The notes under the pieces were generated by a model. It did not search any database, was not told the origin of the DNA, and saw only the letters and a program-made list of their open reading frames with translations. Below are positions 44,317 through 50,589 of a DNA stretch of 50,589 nt, piece after piece (position 1 is the first letter of the stretch; every line of letters begins with the position of its first letter). A program made the translations under genes and the position numbers. Source of the DNA: a virus (lineage: Duplodnaviria; Caudoviricetes); IMG/VR virus record IMGVR_UViG_3300033150_001454, positions 1 to 50,589 of that record; one strand, given 5' to 3'.

Positions 44317-46373
44317 GCATGCCTAATTATGAGATAGCTTGTCCACCTGGCTCGTACAACATCAAGATAAAGAAGGGATCAGTAGAGGTACCTGTAGATT
44401 GGACTTTCACAAGGAGTGGCGAAGATGGAGATGAAATAATAATTCCACTGTTTGGTGGAGATGAATTTGTAGGCGAAGTGCTTGAAGGATTATGGCAGAA
44501 AGGCGATGATGGAAGCATACAGGGACCGTTTACAGCGAAGATAAGCAGTGGAGAGTTGCAACTTACAGGAAAGAGTGATGCGGCAGGGACTTGGCGAGCA
44601 GGATGGATATCATCAAAGTCGAAAATACCATTTCTTGATGATTTAGTAATTGATGTCCATCTGAAGTTACCAAGTCATTCTTCCGCAGATACGTTTCTTT
44701 TCGCATTGTATTTGTCTGATGATAACGATGGTGATCCTGATTCCGATTCCAACTGGTTACTATCTTATATTTACACGGACACCACGACTTATAAAATCCT
44801 CTTAAGAAAGAAAGTTAACGGAACAACGACCGATCTCTTATCATTAACTAATGTGACTAATGCCGAGGGGACTTTTAGGTTTAAGTTTGAAGAAAACAAG
44901 TCAGGTCATAATCACACACATATTTATTACCATGACGGAACTGGTTCAGTCGATGAGTCAACTGATGAAGTTACAGGGAGTCCGTTTTCATTAGATTTAG
45001 CTATAGATTCAGCATACCCTCATCTCTCCTTTAGAACTAACGAAACCACTAACCGCACCGTTTCATCCGACTTCGTCCGCGTAACTTATCCAGACGATAT
45101 ACAGGTGCGCTATGATCTTGACGATGACGATGTGAATAAGGGTGACGTGAAAGTATGGGATACTATGGGTTATGATTCAGATGAGACGCAGTGGAGACGG
45201 GTCTTATCTAAGGATCCATACTATGATTTTGTGGGAGACTGTGTAGTAGAGAATGGACTGATAAGATTGTGGATTGATGAAGGCGTAGGAGATGGCTTCA
45301 AACTTTATTACTGGGACGGCTCTAGTTGGATTCAAGGATGTTATTACTTTCCTTATGAAGTAACTAGCAACAAAAGTTTGACATATCCATTCCTGAAAAA
45401 CATAGTGAGCATCACATCAGACGCAGTCCAAGTGAATGTAAGGTTTGAAGATTCTTCAACACAAAACAGTGATTACTACCTTGATTGTACAGTGATATTG
45501 AACCGAGGTCAGTATTACGTTGAGATCACTTCCTTGAGTTCATACCCTTCACAACGGGTGCAGCATAAACTTATGGAATCTGTTGCTTTACGATGGGGTT
45601 ACACAGGAGATGCTGAAAATACTGGAATAGCTGATGATGACTTAAATCTTGATAGTTACAATACCACTTTATCTGATAACTTTATGATAGTTTTTGACGA
45701 TGCGAATAATGCGTATATCTTAGGCTTTGCATCAAACGAAAAACCTACTATTGGAAATAAACGGTTTGCAGTGATGAGTGGTTCAAGACTTGAATATCAA
45801 GGAACTGATGACACAACAGAATCTGGTTGCTCGTTTTATATCTTCATAAACCCCTTCAGCCAAGCTGCGAACTTGTTCAAGGAAGCCGAGGATATGACGC
45901 TTTTTGGAGGGGCGTCTACTGATACTTCACAAACAGACGACAGTGGAGACTCAGTGTTGTTGGATGCACAAAATGAATCATGTTGGTTAGATTTAACAGA
46001 CGTGCTCAACAAACTGCCCGAAGGAAGGTATTGGGCGTTTTGGCGAGTGAAAGATACAAATCAAGTAGCAAATGACTTTCGTCTCAGCGTTTACAATACC
46101 ACGGATTCGAGATATCTGAATGAAGAAAATGATGAAGTTTACAAGACATTAACTAGCAGTTTTGCATACTATGGTATAATATTTGACCTGACAAGCGACG
46201 ATTCAGGAGACACTGTAAGATTTGGCGTTGTCAAAGATACTACTACTACAAACTCGATTTACGTTGATTACCTCTTAATCGTGCCGATTGGAAACGGCGA
46301 AGACTGGCCACAAGACTGTGCACACAATGCTCTCAGGACTTATTCGAAGTATCATAAGGTCTACAAGAGATAG
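44313..46373 (+). CDS. Tail tip / receptor-binding protein with beta-sandwich (carbohydrate-binding-like) domains
   Basis: Acidic, Thr/Ser-rich beta composition; KEAED...IYVDYL CBM-like C-terminus. Confidence 0.6.
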   Translation: MSMPNYEIACPPGSYNIKIKKGSVEVPVDWTFTRSGEDGDEIIIPLFGGDEFVGEVLEGLWQKGDDGSIQGPFTAKISSGELQLTGKSDAAGTWRAGWISSKSKIPFLDDLVIDVHLKLPSHSSADTFLFALYLSDDNDGDPDSDSNWLLSYIYTDTTTYKILLRKKVNGTTTDLLSLTNVTNAEGTFRFKFEENKSGHNHTHIYYHDGTGSVDESTDEVTGSPFSLDLAIDSAYPHLSFRTNETTNRTVSSDFVRVTYPDDIQVRYDLDDDDVNKGDVKVWDTMGYDSDETQWRRVLSKDPYYDFVGDCVVENGLIRLWIDEGVGDGFKLYYWDGSSWIQGCYYFPYEVTSNKSLTYPFLKNIVSITSDAVQVNVRFEDSSTQNSDYYLDCTVILNRGQYYVEITSLSSYPSQRVQHKLMESVALRWGYTGDAENTGIADDDLNLDSYNTTLSDNFMIVFDDANNAYILGFASNEKPTIGNKRFAVMSGSRLEYQGTDDTTESGCSFYIFINPFSQAANLFKEAEDMTLFGGASTDTSQTDDSGDSVLLDAQNESCWLDLTDVLNKLPEGRYWAFWRVKDTNQVANDFRLSVYNTTDSRYLNEENDEVYKTLTSSFAYYGIIFDLTSDDSGDTVRFGVVKDTTTTNSIYVDYLLIVPIGNGEDWPQDCAHNALRTYSKYHKVYKR

Positions 46374-46394
46374 CGATGAGATGAGAGATGAGGA

Positions 46395-48074
46395 ATGGCT
46401 TGGGAAATATATGTAGACGGAGACCTTGTGGATGCTCAGCTAGACAAGATAGTTGATGAATTAGACGGCATAGTATACGCTTATTTCTTCTTAGCTAATA
46501 ATGCAGAGAATAGGGATCTCGTCAGTACCGATAGGTCTGTCGTCATCAAGTATGATGGTACGACTATATTTGAAGGTACGCTTACTGGTGCTAAATATGA
46601 AGTGAATATCTTAAGATGCATAGCTTATGATTCTGTATACTATGATATGGATGGTAAGACGCATACAGGATCCTATTCTAGTACTGCAGCTAGTACCATA
46701 TTATCTAATATCTGTACTGATGCAGGGGTAACTGCAGGAGAATGTCCTAGCGATGCATTATCGATAAAGTTCACCGATACGGATTGTTGGGTAGCGGCTA
46801 GATTCTTAGCCTATGCACTGAATAAGGACTACTGGACATCGGATGGTACTACATTCAACATAGGGGATAAAGGATCTGATCAAGGAGAATTCACTCCTAC
46901 AGCTATCGGCAGGAGAGAGATAGACAGAGCTAAGTCTTATAACAAGGTGATAGTTAAAGGATATGATGCTGATGGGAATGAGATAGAAGCATCAGCCAGC
47001 ACTGATGCAGGAGATAGGGTTAAGGTCTTCTTTGAGAGGCATGCAACTGATGTTACTACTCTCGGCAATATTGCTTCTAAGAAATTATCCGAGTTGAATG
47101 CATCGTCAATCGGGAACAAGATAACGCTTGATCTGGAGGATGCAGTATCCCTCAGCTCTGGTGATACGATAACTGTAGAAGACGAAGTAAGAGGTCTATC
47201 TGGTTCATATAAGATAGAGAGGATAACGAAGTATCCGCATAAGGTTGATGTTGAGCTTGAAGTTAAAGAAAAGAGCGTAATGGATTACTTGAGAGAAGAA
47301 TTCTCGGATTTAGATAAATTAGGCATTGAGGTAACTTATCCCAATCTTGATAATATACCCGATGGTACTTCAAGTAAGAAGCCCAGATTAGTATCCTCTT
47401 TGCCTTCAGCCTCGGATTACGAGGGTGTATACGTCTATGTGACATCTGGTGACGATGCTGGAAGAACGTATTATAGCGATGGTTCAAGATGGATCCCTCA
47501 GCATCCCGAAATATCTTACAAGTTCAAGTATCATATCAGGATTACGGGTGAGAGCCTGGATGGATGGAGTGTCGATCAGACAGTAACCGCAAATATAGGA
47601 GAACTTGAATTTGATACGGGAGTAGATCCTGATCATGTCACAAGTGCCTCAATAACATCCTCTGACACCATAGTTAATAATAACAGAAATCCAAGCTTTA
47701 AATGCAGGCTCTTACCAGATTACGATACTGATCAGACAATAAGGATAGCTATCTATAATGCTGCTAGTCCGTTCGATCAGTGGGGTTTCATAATAGATGG
47801 TAGTACTATTTATGCTTTTCAAGATGTAAATTCTACGAGGTATCAGACAAGTGTAGGCACTATAACTGCAGGCACGGAGGTAATATTAGAAGGTAGATAT
47901 GAGTATGGTACATCTATTAAGTACTACGTTGATGATTCGCTAGTGCATACAGAAACCACGAATTTGCCTGGTGCTGGAGATGCAAGCATAGAGATATACT
48001 TATCAGGTAAAATAATAAATAATCAGAGAACCATGAGCCTATACTATTTTGATCTATTCCAGGAGTGGTCTTAA
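46395..48074 (+). CDS. Baseplate hub (Tal-like) protein with C-terminal lectin-like domain
   Basis: IFEG.L, NKVIVKG, GDTITV.D...G..Y.IERI hub-like motifs. Confidence 0.7.
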   Translation: MAWEIYVDGDLVDAQLDKIVDELDGIVYAYFFLANNAENRDLVSTDRSVVIKYDGTTIFEGTLTGAKYEVNILRCIAYDSVYYDMDGKTHTGSYSSTAASTILSNICTDAGVTAGECPSDALSIKFTDTDCWVAARFLAYALNKDYWTSDGTTFNIGDKGSDQGEFTPTAIGRREIDRAKSYNKVIVKGYDADGNEIEASASTDAGDRVKVFFERHATDVTTLGNIASKKLSELNASSIGNKITLDLEDAVSLSSGDTITVEDEVRGLSGSYKIERITKYPHKVDVELEVKEKSVMDYLREEFSDLDKLGIEVTYPNLDNIPDGTSSKKPRLVSSLPSASDYEGVYVYVTSGDDAGRTYYSDGSRWIPQHPEISYKFKYHIRITGESLDGWSVDQTVTANIGELEFDTGVDPDHVTSASITSSDTIVNNNRNPSFKCRLLPDYDTDQTIRIAIYNAASPFDQWGFIIDGSTIYAFQDVNSTRYQTSVGTITAGTEVILEGRYEYGTSIKYYVDDSLVHTETTNLPGAGDASIEIYLSGKIINNQRTMSLYYFDLFQEWS

Positions 48075-48325
48075 TGGTCATAATCAAATTCAGTAAGTAT
48101 AAGGCAGATGAGAGAGATCTCCGAGTGGATACACCGATAAAAGCGGTTATACAAAGAGGGGATGAAGTGGAGATAGAGTTCGATGGCGTGCCTTCCAATA
48201 AGGAATTATTCGAGATAGCTAAGAAGTTGGGTCTCTATAAGATAGAGATTGCGCCCAGGAGACTAATACGAAATCGCCCTGAACCCAAGAAAGTTATCAT
48301 AAGAAGAAAAATAACTTCTCGATGA
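48065..48325 (+). CDS. Hypothetical protein, last gene of tail operon
   Basis: ORF coupled to the hub gene. Confidence 0.5.
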   Translation: MVLMVIIKFSKYKADERDLRVDTPIKAVIQRGDEVEIEFDGVPSNKELFEIAKKLGLYKIEIAPRRLIRNRPEPKKVIIRRKITSR

Positions 48326-49085
48326 TCTGTCTTAGCCATTCTATGAATAATTCCCAAAGCGTCTTTGGCTCTGGCTCTGGCTCTGGCTCAGGACTTGGCT
48401 GTGGTTCAGGCTCTGGCTCTGGTTGTGGTTCGGGGCTAGGCTCAGGAGGTGGTTCTATTGGCTCAGGCTCAGCGACTATGCAGTACATTGTATCGTCTAT
48501 CTTGCTGTCTCCATACTTCACCCATGCATATCCATTCATGCCCCAATCCTCACCCCATGAGTTCTTTATGAGCCACGCACCGAGATCGTCGTCACATCCC
48601 ACGACTGCCACACAATGTAATCCTATAACTGGATCGTCTGCTCCTAAATTATGGTATACGCCGCTCTTATAGTGCAGGAAGGATTGGTGTACCTCTATTG
48701 TCGCTATTATTGGTCCGGTCTCAAGTAATTCCTTCATTTCCTCTTCGTCGTAAACGTATTTCCATGCAGCTAGTTTATAAGCACCCTTGGTCCATTCTTC
48801 ACATCTATCTTCTCCACATTCTCTCGTGATCGGCTTGTATGGGAGACATTCTTCTCTGCATACGCCTTCCAACGCTTGATTCAATATCTTGTGCATGTAA
48901 GCTCCTGTATAGCAGTCTCCACCTGCGCATGCAAATAAATCGCTCTCGGATAAGTCCACTTCTAAATCTGGATCTCTATTCAGTATCCTTATCAGAGTTT
49001 CCCATGCAGCTATCGTGCCGAATGCTGAGCATGAGCCACATGTACCCTGGTCTTTCACAGAGGTGCAGAAAGGGCGCCAGTTCAC
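48297..49085 (-). CDS. Papain-like (C1A) cysteine protease with Pro-Glu linker and amphipathic C-terminal helix
   Basis: [39 protein letters not shown]. Confidence 0.92.
   Translation of the reverse strand: MNWRPFCTSVKDQGTCGSCSAFGTIAAWETLIRILNRDPDLEVDLSESDLFACAGGDCYTGAYMHKILNQALEGVCREECLPYKPITRECGEDRCEEWTKGAYKLAAWKYVYDEEEMKELLETGPIIATIEVHQSFLHYKSGVYHNLGADDPVIGLHCVAVVGCDDDLGAWLIKNSWGEDWGMNGYAWVKYGDSKIDDTMYCIVAEPEPIEPPPEPSPEPQPEPEPEPQPSPEPEPEPEPKTLWELFIEWLRQIIEKLFFFL
48366..48471 (-). repeat. Hexamer-type tandem repeat encoding a (PE)n linker
   Basis: GGCTCT/GGCTCA repeats; [23 protein letters not shown]. Confidence 0.8.
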
Positions 49086-49086
49086 T

Positions 49087-49395
49087 TTACTTCACTCCTC
49101 CAGCAATCCTCTTCTGTATGCTCGGAGTATACTTGCCTACTTTAGTCTCTCCGAGTTCGTAGTCTTCAGCGGAAAGCTCTATCACATCAGTCTTCACTCC
49201 GTCCAGTTCAGGAGGTATGAGTTCGTCAGGCCTCAGCTCAGAAGCTTTAACCTTCTTCGCCACAAATACGGTTATGCACGGCTCTCCAGTATCCTCTCCT
49301 CGCACTTTCTTCGTCAAATCGTATCTCCAGCTCAGTACGTTAGGCTTGCTCCTCAATATTCTGTCTATTTCATCTTCTATGTCCATGTTCATCAC
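49087..49395 (-). CDS. Protease prodomain-like protein
   Basis: PNV...[13 protein letters not shown]...[15 protein letters not shown], recalled from N-terminal domains of S1-type peptidases. Confidence 0.55.
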   Translation of the reverse strand: MMNMDIEDEIDRILRSKPNVLSWRYDLTKKVRGEDTGEPCITVFVAKKVKASELRPDELIPPELDGVKTDVIELSAEDYELGETKVGKYTPSIQKRIAGGVK

Positions 49396-49940
49396 TTTCT
49401 TATCATGTTTTTATGAGTTATAAATATTTTCGATAAGTCCCATCCTATTCTCGGAATCCTATCAAGCTTGATTCCGACTCTCTCTATCGCATCCCTTGGT
49501 ACGCTCTTTCTCTCTCCTCTAAACGCATCCTCAACAATCTTGTAGTCATAATAATGTACCGCATAACATTCAATAGGTCTCTTCTTCCTGAAGCTGAATA
49601 AGAGAATGCCCCTGCCTCCAGCCTTCACGGTCTGACTTAGCCCTTCTCTTTGATGTTCGGGTAAGTGTTCCATATCAAATCTATCAGTGTGCATACTCTT
49701 GCACTCCATTAAATAGAATGTACCGTTATGGAGAACCGCAAAGTCGGCTGGTTGTTTAGGCAAGATCACATTCGGCACTTGTATATAACTCATTGTATCA
49801 GCTATCCTGAAATAGAAGAACGAGTTAGGATGCCTGTTCTTGAATGCCTTAAGTGATCTACTTATCTCTTGTTCAAATATCTTTCCGAGTCTTGAGTGAG
49901 ACTTCTTTCTCCTTCGAGGCATCGGCATCAATCCCGGCAA
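49392..49940 (-). CDS. RecU-like Holliday junction resolvase
   Basis: GKIFEQEI, PADF, LMECKS, EHQ..L.....AGG. Confidence 0.8.
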   Translation of the reverse strand: MPGLMPMPRRRKKSHSRLGKIFEQEISRSLKAFKNRHPNSFFYFRIADTMSYIQVPNVILPKQPADFAVLHNGTFYLMECKSMHTDRFDMEHLPEHQREGLSQTVKAGGRGILLFSFRKKRPIECYAVHYYDYKIVEDAFRGERKSVPRDAIERVGIKLDRIPRIGWDLSKIFITHKNMIRK

Positions 49941-49986
49941 GTTTGATGCTTTCTTATATCTCTTAAGAGGAGTAGCTCCAGTATCT

Positions 49987-50208
49987 TTACGAGCGTTTTA
50001 GATATTCGTGCTTCCATACCTTCCAGCACCCCAGACAGTATCTCTTCGTGATATAGGATATCCCCAGTTTGGTCTCGATTGGTTTGTTCACTTCGACATA
50101 TTGTTCATCAGGCAGGATATCAAATCCACAATGCCCATTGCATCTGAGTATTTGAGTAGCCTTATGTATTGTTATCCTTACGCCTTTCTCTGTCCAGATT
50201 TCTCTCAA
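49987..50208 (-). CDS. Small zinc-finger protein
   Basis: CNGHC...I.P.EQY...YCLGCW. Confidence 0.55.
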   Translation of the reverse strand: MREIWTEKGVRITIHKATQILRCNGHCGFDILPDEQYVEVNKPIETKLGISYITKRYCLGCWKVWKHEYLKRS

Positions 50209-50475
50209 GCTCGCTCAGACTCCTTAATAACTCAGCTGCAAATTCCTCATCCTTGGTACGACAGAATACAAAGCCATCTCTTATTATCTCATATACGAGT
50301 CCAGATTTCTTCATCCGTATGACCATTCATCCACATTCCTGTCTGTACTTCTCAGATAGAGGCATGTCATCTGAGTGCGAGTAATTAAGTAGCACTACGA
50401 TGAGAGTTAGAAACAGAAGGAGCAATGGCATTCTCATACGCCTTCAGTCTTCAGTCATCCATTTGTCTTCGTCAG

Positions 50476-50589
50476 CTAATACATAGAGCATGACTCGGGC
50501 TTCCTGTACAGCCTTTGAAGTTAGCCTCTCTTTGAATACTCTTAAAAGATTCACTATAGCTAAATCCTCGTCGATTAGACCCATATTGA
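50476..50589. repeat. Terminal direct repeat, right copy
   Basis: Identical to 1-114. Confidence 0.97.

Noticed and set aside
42886-45815. Other CTGANGA occurrences as additional hammerheads
   Set aside because: None that I inspected is followed by a stem II and GAAA with compatible stems I and III; all lie in coding sequence
44313-48074. Diversity-generating retroelement or invertible tail-fibre cassette
   Set aside because: No reverse transcriptase, recombinase or template/variable repeat pair was seen
1058-50384. Numerous short antisense ORFs in the track (e.g. 1058..1387, 8425..8661, 25927..26241, 41520..41801, 48322..48672)
   Set aside because: Shadows of well-supported genes on the opposite strand; Ser/Phe/Leu-rich with no RBS

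Overview
The window is an apparently complete, circularly assembled genome (about 50,475 bp; bases 1-114 repeat at 50476-50589) of an archaeal head-tail virus. It is siphovirus-like: tail tube and tape measure are present and no sheath was recognised. An archaeal host is inferred from the MCM-like ATPase, RPA-like OB protein, TATA-type promoters, oligo-T terminators and GGAGGTGA ribosome-binding sites. Layout: replication/recombination and accessory genes on the minus strand (1-17 kb), an AT-rich repeat-rich control region (17.0-18.3 kb), head/packaging genes on the minus strand (19-38 kb), and tail genes on the plus strand (38-48 kb). No integrase, DNA polymerase, primase or CRISPR array was recognised. 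Main observations: (1) Two enzyme polyproteins lie between the portal and prohead protease genes. One is ASCH / Dam-like methyltransferase / metallo-beta-lactamase / nucleotidyltransferase / ATP-dependent ligase; the other is three LigD-type phosphoesterase-like repeats plus a NifX-like domain. Their domain junctions carry a (usually hydrophobic)-x-K|[A/S/E/D] motif also found in the capsid, portal and protease, suggesting a protease-processed, virion-packaged DNA repair/anti-defence kit. (2) A complete hammerhead ribozyme whose stem I sequesters the Shine-Dalgarno of the next gene and whose predicted cut falls immediately 5' of it. (3) A phased TATATA array with iteron-like repeats, a TGT/DpdA-like gene, an intein-containing N-truncated MCM, and a tRNA T-arm-like hairpin. 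All functional calls come from motif recognition by eye; no database searches were run.
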